A DNA stretch of 56,079 nt from the IMG/VR virus record IMGVR_UViG_3300044953_000549, positions 1-56,079 of that record; one strand, 5' to 3'. The notes under the pieces were generated by a model, which saw only the letters and a list, made by a program, of their open reading frames with translations, did no database searches and had not been told where the DNA came from. The position numbers and the translations under genes are program-made. Below, piece after piece: positions 1 through 9,916 of the stretch. Numbering within the stretch: the stretch's first letter is position 1; each line of letters starts with the position of its first letter. Origin of the DNA: a virus (lineage: Duplodnaviria > Caudoviricetes).

Positions 1-22
1 TAGGTTTTGCCTTACAAAACTG
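1..22. repeat. 22-bp terminal overlap identical to 56058-56079 (circular contig)
   Basis: TAGGTTTTGCCTTACAAAACTG is present at both ends, and an ORF reads in frame across the join. Confidence 0.95.
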
Positions 23-727
23 ACATGCTTTTTTTGATGGTATACGTATAGCATCACTTGAATAAGCATTAATAATAACATCTTTTATTAATTGTAATCT
101 TTTACCATATAATAAAGATTTTTTTTGTTCATCCCGTAATTCAAAACAACTATCAGATAAATAAGGTTGCACTATATGTAAGAATAATTTTACATGTTTA
201 TGTATTGCTTTCTTATTAAATCCAGGAATATTTTCTTCAAATAAACTTAAAAAATCAAAATCATTTAAAACTCCTAGTGCATATAACATAAGTTGATAAT
301 TCTCATATGCTTCTACTTTTACTCCCATCCCGAATTTATAATCTATAATATGTAATTCATATACATCATCATTTTCATTATAACAGAAAACAACACTATC
401 TACTGTCCCATTCATATCCTCAAAAGGAGGGGTTAAGAAGTTAAGATTAAATTTCTTCTCATGTAAATCAATAATTGTTTTTTTGTTCCGTTTAACAGAA
501 TAAAAATATTCTTGAGCTTTCTTTACTATTTCCTGTAAATCCTCAGATAAATCTGCTTTCCATTCTTTATGTCCAGTAATTAATTTATTAACTCTATCAT
601 GCAACATTGTACCTTTTTCTGCATAAACAGAAGTAGTAACCGGTAAATCTTTCTCTGCCATTAGACTACCAGGACAAAGCATCCGTCGTTCAAAACTGGA
701 TGGACTAATTAATGTATGTTTAGACAT
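1..727 (-). CDS. DUF2800 / Cas4-like PD-(D/E)XK exonuclease, 5' part (continues at 56079..55633; about 383 aa in total)
   Basis: Manual translation from ATG 727: MSKHTLISPSSFERRMLCPGS...AEKGTMLH; across the join CQFCKAKPTC; lies upstream of a DUF2815-like SSB. Confidence 0.88.
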   Translation of the reverse strand, partial: MSKHTLISPSSFERRMLCPGSLMAEKDLPVTTSVYAEKGTMLHDRVNKLITGHKEWKADLSEDLQEIVKKAQEYFYSVKRNKKTIIDLHEKKFNLNFLTPPFEDMNGTVDSVVFCYNENDDVYELHIIDYKFGMGVKVEAYENYQLMLYALGVLNDFDFLSLFEENIPGFNKKAIHKHVKLFLHIVQPYLSDSCFELRDEQKKSLLYGKRLQLIKDVIINAYSSDAIRIPSKKACQFCKAKP

Positions 728-1034
728 TTATATATTTCTCTCTTTGTTTTTGAAGAAAATGGATGGAAATTTCTATATGCTTTTGATCTACTATTTTATG
801 ACTATTATGTTCGTCCCTACCAAAAGAAATTATCCAATCAACAATATGTTGAACGGATTGCTCACTTAATATTTTAAATACTCTTTCATCATCAGCGTCA
901 TAATCTTCTCCGTAACAACTCTCAAGCAATACATTTATCGCCATTTCTTTCTCCAGAAGATTTATTTCCTTATTCAAATACTTTTCTATTATTAAAGTTT
1001 CTATTTCTGATTTTTTATCTAGTAACATAATCAT
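720..1034 (-). CDS. hypothetical protein in replication operon
   Basis: 104-aa ORF packed between the polymerase fusion and DUF2800. Confidence 0.6.
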   Translation of the reverse strand: MIMLLDKKSEIETLIIEKYLNKEINLLEKEMAINVLLESCYGEDYDADDERVFKILSEQSVQHIVDWIISFGRDEHNSHKIVDQKHIEISIHFLQKQREKYINV

Positions 1035-1038
1035 TACC

Positions 1039-4000
1039 CTATAATCTCTCGGTATCTTTAATTTCCGTAATATTTAAAGTAGGATACTTTTTTTCTACTT
1101 TACTTACGCCCATAATCATTGCCCCTATTATATGATTCTTTAACTCGGTATACTTAGCTTCATCCTCAATTAAACCTATCGGCACTTCAAATATAAGCTC
1201 ATCATGAACAGTATTAACCAGATAATTTTTTAAATAATCGGGAAGAGCAATAAGTGTCTCAAGCAATACTTCTCCGCAAGAACCCTGAACTGCCGTATTA
1301 ATCATCTCACAATAAGCATTATCTATATCCTCAAAATACCTCTTCCTCCCTCCTCTGGTTAAAGCATATCCTCTTGCTTTACATTCTGCTCTTTCCTTAT
1401 CTGACCATTTTTTTAGGAAAGAATAAGTAGCCCAGAATTTTGTTTTAATACTCTCTGCTTCTACTAACGTTAAATCAACATTATAAGCCTCTTTGGCATT
1501 AACTATAAACCTGCTAGCTCCCATACCATAAAGGAATCCGAAGTTGGCAGCTTTGGCTTTCTGACGCTCTGATTTCTGCCAGTCTATCGGTTGCTCAAGG
1601 AATGTTTTAAGCGGCATGTTATTAAGTCTTGCTGCCATAATAGCATGTGGGTCTTTCCCGCTATTAAAAGCTTCAATAAGTACTTTCTCGTTAGACATAG
1701 CTGCAACCATTCTAAGCTCCTGTCCCGAGAAGTCTGCCCTTACAAATCTATGACCCTCTCTTGCTTTAAAAATATGACGGAATCCTGAACGTGGGAAATT
1801 CTGAACGTTAGGGTTTATCGTAGATAATCTACCTGTTTCAGTACCGCAAATAAGAACATTAATAGGAAGTCTACCATCTACAATATTCTCCTCTACTCCT
1901 TTAATGATATTATTTATTAAAGAGTTGGTTTTGCGGACTTCCTCTACTATCTTCATAACATCAGGAGTTACTTTATCCATAACCTCTTTCTTGGTTCTGA
2001 TATTATTATTATAAGTAATAACATCACCAAAGCCAAGATCGGTTAATTTCTTAAGTAGTTCATCTCTTTTGTTTTCCTTCTCTATTCTTAGATTTCTTAA
2101 AGCCTCAATATCAACAGGCAAACCTTTTTTAGCATAAGCATCTATGATGAAGCTAGCCGTATACATTCTATCGTATACAGGCTTATTTACATCCCTGAAC
2201 TTCTGCCATAATAGATAAGTAGCCTTAGCATCTTTAGCAGCGTATTCCAGTTGTTCCTTCGTTAATTCTTCTGCCCAGTTAGAAGTTTGCATTACTTTCT
2301 TGTTGTTATACGTAATACCTGTATAAGGACTTAAATCACCTATGCTACAGCGTCTTTTGGAAGTAGCAGCATGGTAGGCTATCATGGAACAATTTAAGTT
2401 CTTTAAATACGGCATAAACGATCTCTCAAAAGATGCGTTATGAGCAACAAAATTAATTTCTGAGAGTAAATTCTTCTCTTCCTCTGTTAATGGGGAATCA
2501 AAGACTTTATAGATGAATACCTTATCCAGATTGGGATTGTATATCTGGATTAGTGCTATTTTACTATTACTTGCTTTTAAGCCCGTTGTTTCTATATCAA
2601 GGCCGTAAACAATATCCGATATAAAATAATTTTTGAAATGCAATAATCTTGTTTTATTATCAACTACTTCATATTCAACAGTTGTTATAGGAACTTCTAT
2701 TGGTTCAGGTATTTGAGACTCAACTACTTTATTCTCTTCCTGTTTATCTTCTTGTTCAGATTCAAATATTGTCTCTTTTGTTATAGTATTTTCATTTAAC
2801 TTATCATCTAGTATAGGTCCTTCTAAACCTTTTATAAGAACCTTATATTGACCTTTTTTATTCTCTTTAAATCCGTATTTCTCTAAAGCCGTTTTAAATT
2901 GTTTTCTAATATTAGGTGTATTTTTAGCTGAAGCAAAAATTTCTTTTATTCTTTCAATAATTGCAATAGGTCTTCTAGCTTTACTATATTCAGGATTAAC
3001 AATATCTAAATTAATATAAGACAAAACATATTCAGTGCCCTCATCTTCTTCTACAAATCTAATAGACAATGTTTTTAATAGATTTCTTTCTTCTTCTGTA
3101 AGCTCATATATAGGAGATATTTCTCTTCTCGGATATTTAATTTTATACTCAAATATTTCCTGTTTTAATTCTACTATTAACTGAGCATATATTTGCATTA
3201 TATCAAATTCTTCGTATTTAATTTTAGATACTGGTAAAGTTAAAAATCTTGTATTTTCATCACTAGGATCAAATATTTTCATTCTATTAACACTACCTGC
3301 AAATGCTGTAGTTCTTCTGGTTTCTCTATGTTCTTTTATAAATTTTAAATCAATTTTATCATATGTTTTTGATATAAATTGTTTAATAACACCGCTTTTA
3401 TTGCTTTTAAGAATATCATCCAATTCTCCAAGTTCTACTAAAGAAGAATCTAATAATTGTTTTAAATTCATACGATCTTTTAAATCAACTTCTGCTGATA
3501 CATCATTATAATATCCCTCACCTAAATCAGGAGGTACTAAATTTTCAATAAATGTCGATTTACCTATATGTTCCTTACCTTGAAAAACTAATACCTGTCT
3601 TGCTTTTAACCCTTTTCTAGGATCATTATTAAAACAATTTATACAAATATATTGTTTTAAATATTTCTTCAAAATTATTTTTTTTATATTTTCCCACTCA
3701 GGAGGAACAACCAATAAGGAATAGAAATGTTCTAATCTATCAGTATTATCCCAATTAACACTTAACATTTTATCTCGAACAACATTTCTTATATTACTTT
3801 TACATAATAAATCTATTGCATTTCCTAGTAGTTTTTCATCTTTCCCTAGTTTATGTTTAATACACTTAAATATCATCCACTCTAACTTTGTTTCATATTT
3901 ATCTGGATCTGGATCATATTCTTCTATATTTATTTTTAATTCTTTATAATAGTCTGAATAATGTATAATTATTTCTTTTTTTTTCTTTATAACATCATAA

Positions 4001-5061
4001 TAACATTCAATATTGTAATATTTAAATAAAGCATCATAATTTTCAAAATCATTAGTAGGTTTACCTTTTTTATTTTTTATGGGTAACACCAATTTATTTT
4101 TATTTACATCAATAATATCTACATTTTCAATTTCATTGACACGCTTAATAATTGTCGCAAAAGTAAGAGGCCTGATTTTATCTTCTGTTCTAGTATTCTC
4201 ATAATAATGTGTATTACATCCATCAATTATCCCCTCTTTTGTTCTTTTTTTATCTCTTAAAGCCCATTCAAGTAAGATATCATACCCTTCCTTATTTCCT
4301 TGATATTGATGATGCAAAGCAAAAACAACATCACGCCATTCAGGGTAACCAATAATTTCTGATTCATACTTATTAAGTACCTCTTTTACTCTCTCTGTTG
4401 TAACATCAGGAAGAGGTAAATGATTATAAGTAGCTTCAATATCTGATATATTGATATTATTTTGTATTAATTTTTTGTTTTCATGAGCTTTATATGTATA
4501 TCCATAATCATTTAAATCAATTAACTTACCTTTATTATATTTGGCGGTAAATCTATCAAGACCATCATTTTTACCTATACAAGGTACATACATTCTCCTT
4601 GTAGCTTCATAACTAGAACTATCTATAGCCCTACTTAATGAATCACTAAATATTCGTAATACAATACTACGAGATAAAGGATCGTAAAATTCCGGTTGTA
4701 TCAATCCTATAGGAAATAAAATTATACGTATTTTAGGTTTTAGAAAAGTATGACTATATGTTGTATAATAAATATATTGATAATTTTTTAAATATTTTTC
4801 AATATCTTTAACCATTACATTAAAATTATCTTCATAACTATCAAGATCATATATAAATAAAGTTCTATATTCCAGATTATCGGACTTAATACCACCCTTA
4901 AAATATCCACCAAATAATAAGGGTAAATCATTCTTAGCCTTATCTTCAGTGTTTATTGTATATGTTTTTAGTTTATCTATAATTGAATTAACATTTAAAT
5001 CTAAAACCTCTGGTTTATTATTAGTTTTAGAAGAAAAGAAACATACTCTATATGTAAACAT
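1039..5061 (-). CDS. polA: primase (PriCT-2) / VirE-type helicase / 3'-5' exonuclease / family-A DNA polymerase fusion
   Basis: PriCT-2-like WRDVVFALHH..GYDILLEWA; Walker A GKEHIGKS with VirE-like ELGELD, RRTTAFAGSVN, NTRF; exonuclease DIETTG, HNASFE, YAAKDA; PolA motifs DFSGQELR, KAANFGFLYG, VHDE. Confidence 0.92.
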   Translation of the reverse strand: MFTYRVCFFSSKTNNKPEVLDLNVNSIIDKLKTYTINTEDKAKNDLPLLFGGYFKGGIKSDNLEYRTLFIYDLDSYEDNFNVMVKDIEKYLKNYQYIYYTTYSHTFLKPKIRIILFPIGLIQPEFYDPLSRSIVLRIFSDSLSRAIDSSSYEATRRMYVPCIGKNDGLDRFTAKYNKGKLIDLNDYGYTYKAHENKKLIQNNINISDIEATYNHLPLPDVTTERVKEVLNKYESEIIGYPEWRDVVFALHHQYQGNKEGYDILLEWALRDKKRTKEGIIDGCNTHYYENTRTEDKIRPLTFATIIKRVNEIENVDIIDVNKNKLVLPIKNKKGKPTNDFENYDALFKYYNIECYYDVIKKKKEIIIHYSDYYKELKINIEEYDPDPDKYETKLEWMIFKCIKHKLGKDEKLLGNAIDLLCKSNIRNVVRDKMLSVNWDNTDRLEHFYSLLVVPPEWENIKKIILKKYLKQYICINCFNNDPRKGLKARQVLVFQGKEHIGKSTFIENLVPPDLGEGYYNDVSAEVDLKDRMNLKQLLDSSLVELGELDDILKSNKSGVIKQFISKTYDKIDLKFIKEHRETRRTTAFAGSVNRMKIFDPSDENTRFLTLPVSKIKYEEFDIMQIYAQLIVELKQEIFEYKIKYPRREISPIYELTEEERNLLKTLSIRFVEEDEGTEYVLSYINLDIVNPEYSKARRPIAIIERIKEIFASAKNTPNIRKQFKTALEKYGFKENKKGQYKVLIKGLEGPILDDKLNENTITKETIFESEQEDKQEENKVVESQIPEPIEVPITTVEYEVVDNKTRLLHFKNYFISDIVYGLDIETTGLKASNSKIALIQIYNPNLDKVFIYKVFDSPLTEEEKNLLSEINFVAHNASFERSFMPYLKNLNCSMIAYHAATSKRRCSIGDLSPYTGITYNNKKVMQTSNWAEELTKEQLEYAAKDAKATYLLWQKFRDVNKPVYDRMYTASFIIDAYAKKGLPVDIEALRNLRIEKENKRDELLKKLTDLGFGDVITYNNNIRTKKEVMDKVTPDVMKIVEEVRKTNSLINNIIKGVEENIVDGRLPINVLICGTETGRLSTINPNVQNFPRSGFRHIFKAREGHRFVRADFSGQELRMVAAMSNEKVLIEAFNSGKDPHAIMAARLNNMPLKTFLEQPIDWQKSERQKAKAANFGFLYGMGASRFIVNAKEAYNVDLTLVEAESIKTKFWATYSFLKKWSDKERAECKARGYALTRGGRKRYFEDIDNAYCEMINTAVQGSCGEVLLETLIALPDYLKNYLVNTVHDELIFEVPIGLIEDEAKYTELKNHIIGAMIMGVSKVEKKYPTLNITEIKDTERL

Positions 5062-5203
5062 ATAATTTTTTTTAAAAGATTTTATTTAATGAAGATATTT
5101 CAAATACATAATCGAATCAATAGTCATTTTATCTTTAATAAGAAAAATACTTATAAGATAAATAACGATTATAGATAATGCAAATATTATACTTTTTATT
5201 ATT

Positions 5204-5389
5204 TCATTGTTCATTATTTTCATTCCCATCAATATTTTTAAATTCAGGGAATTTAATATCAGAATAATAATTTTTGATTATAGAAATTATTTGAGAAGTT
5301 CTACTTCGTTGATTATTAGAAGCATCCATATCAATTAACTCTACTACATCACTATCAAGAATGAAATTTATGTATTTAGTTTGTTTCAT
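5204..5389 (-). CDS. Arc/ribbon-helix-helix-like regulator
   Basis: 61 aa, KYINFILDSDVVELIDMDASNNQRSRTSQIISII fits the RHH pattern; first gene of the replication operon. Confidence 0.6.
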   Translation of the reverse strand: MKQTKYINFILDSDVVELIDMDASNNQRSRTSQIISIIKNYYSDIKFPEFKNIDGNENNEQ

Positions 5390-5499
5390 ATAAATTATTT
5401 ATAAACTTTTTATAGATAGTATATAGAAAGTTTATAAACAAAATAAAATATAATGTAAATAGTAAATTAACAAAAATATTATATATTAAATTTAATTAG

Positions 5500-5710
5500 C
5501 TATTTACTAAATTTTGTTGCAAGTACTGTATGATTATCTTTGCGAACAAAAACATAAACATAAGTACTATTTTCAGATACTTTTATAGTAAAACCACTAA
5601 CTGCTATTTCATTTACAGGATTACCTTCATCTACGATATTCTTATTTGCTATTGCGATTGAAAAAGGTAATAGTAAAGCTAGACTAATTAAAAAAATTTT
5701 TAATTTTCAT
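5500..5710 (-). pseudogene. ~70-aa signal-peptide protein with one extra base near its start
   Basis: Open frame KIFLISLALLLPFSIAIANKNIVDEG...KFSK*; ATG at 5710 is one base out of frame across A4/A5/T7 runs. Confidence 0.5.
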
Positions 5711-5720
5711 AATTTTTTCT

Positions 5721-5933
5721 TTATTTGTTTACAGGAATTTGTGCAATAATCTGATCAAGATCAGATTTAGAATCTTCGGATATTTTTAATAATTCTGCAC
5801 AAGCGTTTTGAAATTCAGTTGTAACTTCACCTTGATAGTTAAATACTTGATTACCAATACGACTTACAAACTGTGAATCTATAGAAAAATCTGACAGAGC
5901 TTTCAAGCCCTCTCTATTAGGATTAATTGACAT
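5721..5933 (-). CDS. hypothetical protein
   Basis: 70-aa ORF downstream of a consensus-like promoter. Confidence 0.6.
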   Translation of the reverse strand: MSINPNREGLKALSDFSIDSQFVSRIGNQVFNYQGEVTTEFQNACAELLKISEDSKSDLDQIIAQIPVNK

Positions 5934-5968
5934 AACTACACTTGCAATGGTTAAATATTATATTAAAT

Positions 5969-5996
5969 ATTATAATTAATATAATATTTAAGTCAA
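5969..5996 (-). promoter_or_regulatory. sigma70-like promoter
   Basis: TTGACT-16-TATAAT on the minus strand. Confidence 0.5.
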
Positions 5997-7295
5997 GTTA
6001 GGTTTTATTAACAGAATATTTAAAGTTACATTCTGCGTTACGCTTTGCGTCTCTTCTAGATATATTCTAGCTGTTGTATTAGTACTGGATTGTAGCACAG
6101 GAACACCTATGTCATTTGCATTACTACTAGACATATTGTTTAATACAAAAACAAATATATTAGGTATATAACCTTTATCTGCGTAAGTAATATCTATAAA
6201 ACTATCACCTGTACTATATCCATTTCGTTTGGTAGCTGCTAGCACCCCGCCGCTAACAGTTAAATTTACTGTTCCACTAGTTCCTCCAATATCCCCTACA
6301 GCTACATTACCAGTTCTAAATGTGTTACTTATAAGAGTATCAATATAATTTTTTGTAATATAATCTTGAGCAGAAACAGGGTCTTGTGCCGATACAATTC
6401 TTTTAGAATTTAAATTTAAATTTCCGTTTACATCTAAAGTAAAACCAGTACTACCCAAACTTGTTCCCGTGGTATTGTTCCATAAAGCAAGAGCATTAAT
6501 ACTAGTGCTACTACTTCCTGTTACGTTGCCTCCTGACAAAGGAGTAACCCATGAATAAGCACCATTATCAATAGTTAAAACTTGCCCATTTAATCCATAA
6601 CCTAGCGTATTAAAAGCTTTTAAATTACTGGCTAAATCTATATTAATATTACCTGATTGTGTAATAGGTGTATTTGTAATAATAATACCACTATTAATAG
6701 GTGTTGATATTCCAACAGAAGTTACAGTACCGACACTTTTCCAAACAAAAGTATTTGATGCTCCGACAGATAAAACCTGATTTAAACTTCCCATACCTAA
6801 AGAAGAAAAGTTTTGCAATTGATTAGAAAGATTAATGTTAATAATACCGCTTGTACTAATAGGTGATCCCGATATTGATAATCCATTAGTAGAAGTAGAA
6901 ACACTAACAGATGTTACACTACCATCACCAAAACCCCCAATTGAGGATTCTAGAAAAGATTTTGTTACTAAATCTTTATCATTAATCGGATCTAAACTAT
7001 TTGATATTCTAACAAAATTTTGTAAATCAATATTTTTATTAAATTTAAAAATATCATTAGTCCCATCATATTTTAATAACGTTATAATATTTGTATCTAT
7101 CTGTTTTTCTAGTAAAAAATCAGGAGTAGTGTTATACAAAGTACTATTATTTAATGCATATCCGTTGTTTTGATTGTTTAATAAAGGCAATCTCATTTGA
7201 CCTATTTCTCCAACATAAATAGGTAAAATATTTTTTAATTGAAATTTTGAATTTAATTCATTGAAATTAAATCCATCGTATAAAAAATTAGACAT
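5988..7295 (-). CDS. tail fibre / virion protein
   Basis: Repeated GSVTSV...PITxSGxINI units and DPVSAQDYITKNYID fibre motif; Gly/Ser/Thr-rich. Confidence 0.7.
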   Translation of the reverse strand: MSNFLYDGFNFNELNSKFQLKNILPIYVGEIGQMRLPLLNNQNNGYALNNSTLYNTTPDFLLEKQIDTNIITLLKYDGTNDIFKFNKNIDLQNFVRISNSLDPINDKDLVTKSFLESSIGGFGDGSVTSVSVSTSTNGLSISGSPISTSGIININLSNQLQNFSSLGMGSLNQVLSVGASNTFVWKSVGTVTSVGISTPINSGIIITNTPITQSGNINIDLASNLKAFNTLGYGLNGQVLTIDNGAYSWVTPLSGGNVTGSSSTSINALALWNNTTGTSLGSTGFTLDVNGNLNLNSKRIVSAQDPVSAQDYITKNYIDTLISNTFRTGNVAVGDIGGTSGTVNLTVSGGVLAATKRNGYSTGDSFIDITYADKGYIPNIFVFVLNNMSSSNANDIGVPVLQSSTNTTARIYLEETQSVTQNVTLNILLIKPNLT

Positions 7296-7323
7296 ATTTT
7301 TAACTCATTTGTTAATAATAAAT

Positions 7324-9906
7324 TTATGCTCCCCCTAACAAAACAGTGCCTCTTCTATTAGAATAATAAAGCTTACCATCGCTATTTACATACAAATATC
7401 CTGAACTGTCAAAAATAGGAACAGCCACGTAATTACCCTCTGGGATAACAATACCTCCTTTATTACTTGAATTTAATTGTATATAAAAATCACCAGATGT
7501 ATAAAATGGTTTTGAGTCAACATAATTTTTAGTTGCCGCATCTTGTAAGTCAACTGGATCATCTAAATTAGTTATTCTTTTAAAATCCAGTATCATACCT
7601 GTTCCTATAGAAACTTTATCATCTAAAACTGTTTCATTAACCGTTGATAATAAAAACATAGGTAAATTAGGTTCATTACAACGAAGAGTATTTTGACCAA
7701 ACGAAAATTGCCCAAATTCTTGTCTCACTGCTGTTGAAAAATTATTAATATCTGATGAACTTAATGCTGACCAAGTAATTGTTCCTGAACCATTGTTTTT
7801 AAAAAAACCATTATTATTAGTTGTAGGTAAAAACCATAATCTATTATTAGTTAATGGTCCATTCAACCTTACCTGTAATGAATAATTACCTGAAATAAAA
7901 TTCAAAGAACCAACACCATCAGCACTATTTACCTGCTGATTTAAAAATGTAGATGTACCATTGCTTGTCATATTTCCTGACGTATCAATAGTAACATTAG
8001 TGTTTAATAAAGAGTTTCCAGTAGTATTTCCCCATACGGCTATTGCCCTATTAGTTGTGGTGCTAGGAGAACCATTTGATACATTAGTTAATTGTCCTTG
8101 AGCATTCGTAGTAAAATTACTAAACCTATAACTCCCAGCAGTTACACCTGTATTTGCAATTGCTATAGTCCCAGTTGTAGTAATTGTTCCGCCACTCAAT
8201 CCTGTGCCAGCTGTTATTTGACTTACTCCACCACCAATAGGAATAGAATCAACATACTCTTTTGTTGCTGGATGTTTAGCTAAAGTAGGTGTTGGAACTT
8301 CTAAAGATTTAATAAATTTAAAACTGCTATTAGTCTGATCGTAATTCAATAAATCTATTATTATACTATTCTCAACATGTTGAAGCTTAAAATTATTTTT
8401 ATCATTTTTAACTAAATATCCATTATCATATCTGTTAAATAATCCTATTGCAGAACTGCTATCAATAGCAGGATAATAAGAGCTTTTTATTTTAACTATA
8501 AAATCTTTTTCATTAGAATTAAAGCCGTTGAAAATTCCGCTAATATTATTTAACGTACCATAAATTAAATTTACTGCATAAGATATATCTATATTTTGTC
8601 CTCCCCCTCCGTTATACCCTATTACCATTTTTTCATTAGTTGTACTTGTAGATTGAACAAAAGTAAGTGTTATTGGGTCTTCAACTTCTATGTCTGTCCA
8701 AGACATTTTTGTTATCGGTAAACTAATATCAACCTTTTTATTTTTTGATAATAGATTATTAACTTCACTTTCAGGTCTAACCCTACGCCAAGCTGTTTGT
8801 AATATTCTTTGATCTGGAGGTTGTACTGCTTCCGGCATTATAGGTTCTGTATCAGGAAGTTCTATCTGGTAACTATGGTCTAAATCAAAAGGAGCTTCCA
8901 TTCTAACAAAATCATCAGAAAGCTCGCTTATATCTTCAAAATCAAAAGCATCCCCGCTTACATTACCTTCAGCACTAATATCACCTAAAGAATCTATATC
9001 GCCTTGAGTAGATAAATCGCCATCTATATCCATATCTCCATCAAAACTAGCATCATTCCCGTGAATATCATTTGCATCAATATTACCTGGCGTGTCTATA
9101 TCACCTTTTATAGGATCAATAGATACTGGGCTAGCAGTAACAGTTCCAAGAGGTAATCCTGGAGTAGGTACAAAAACAGGTACGGGAAAAGGGGTTGTTA
9201 TAGGTATTGGTATAGGTATTGGTGTAAAAACTGGATAAGGGTTACTAGGGTCATAAGGATTATCCGTTGTTATTTGACTCGGAGGAGTAGACCAATATAA
9301 CTGATAGCTACCAGTTAATCCTGGTAGCCCAGGCGTAGTTAACATCTGTGTTGGAAATCCAGCAGTAGTCGGCAAACTATATAAAACATCAGATAGCATT
9401 AATGAAGGCGCATTAAAACCTGTGTTTTTTCCTGTTAAATTAGTTACATGTAAACTATTTGCATAAACCTCACCGTCATCATCAATTTTTACTTTACTAT
9501 CCTTAATTACTTGTCCTGTTGACCCATCAAATCTTGCTATATTATTATCTGTAGAAGATATTGGACCGCTGACTCTCTGTAAAATTTCTATTACTCCGTC
9601 TTTATTACCTAATACTCCATTATCTAAATCACTTAACGCTTGTGCATTGGGTAATCTTATATCGGGAGTTTGAATGATAAATTTAGCATCTGATATATCT
9701 GGATTTTTATTTTTTTGTAAAGCGTCTATATCATATCTCATATCCATCATATTAAGGCGGATATCAATTAATATAGGGCTTTGTTCTACTTTTAATTTAT
9801 TATTGCCAATAGTAGTATAATCTTCTTGTAACTCGGGCAATTGAAACCAAGTCGCTATCCTACCAGTTACAGGCGATATAAAATTATATAGACGATCATA
9901 TTTCAC
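7324..9906 (-). CDS. tail fibre / spike protein (GTG start)
   Basis: PATKEYVD and DAATKNYVD motifs, STDNNIARFDGSTG, TAGTGLSGGTITTTGTI, Pro-rich segment and acidic GD-repeat segment. Confidence 0.75.
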   Translation of the reverse strand: MKYDRLYNFISPVTGRIATWFQLPELQEDYTTIGNNKLKVEQSPILIDIRLNMMDMRYDIDALQKNKNPDISDAKFIIQTPDIRLPNAQALSDLDNGVLGNKDGVIEILQRVSGPISSTDNNIARFDGSTGQVIKDSKVKIDDDGEVYANSLHVTNLTGKNTGFNAPSLMLSDVLYSLPTTAGFPTQMLTTPGLPGLTGSYQLYWSTPPSQITTDNPYDPSNPYPVFTPIPIPIPITTPFPVPVFVPTPGLPLGTVTASPVSIDPIKGDIDTPGNIDANDIHGNDASFDGDMDIDGDLSTQGDIDSLGDISAEGNVSGDAFDFEDISELSDDFVRMEAPFDLDHSYQIELPDTEPIMPEAVQPPDQRILQTAWRRVRPESEVNNLLSKNKKVDISLPITKMSWTDIEVEDPITLTFVQSTSTTNEKMVIGYNGGGGQNIDISYAVNLIYGTLNNISGIFNGFNSNEKDFIVKIKSSYYPAIDSSSAIGLFNRYDNGYLVKNDKNNFKLQHVENSIIIDLLNYDQTNSSFKFIKSLEVPTPTLAKHPATKEYVDSIPIGGGVSQITAGTGLSGGTITTTGTIAIANTGVTAGSYRFSNFTTNAQGQLTNVSNGSPSTTTNRAIAVWGNTTGNSLLNTNVTIDTSGNMTSNGTSTFLNQQVNSADGVGSLNFISGNYSLQVRLNGPLTNNRLWFLPTTNNNGFFKNNGSGTITWSALSSSDINNFSTAVRQEFGQFSFGQNTLRCNEPNLPMFLLSTVNETVLDDKVSIGTGMILDFKRITNLDDPVDLQDAATKNYVDSKPFYTSGDFYIQLNSSNKGGIVIPEGNYVAVPIFDSSGYLYVNSDGKLYYSNRRGTVLLGGA

Positions 9907-9916
9907 TTTGTGGTCC

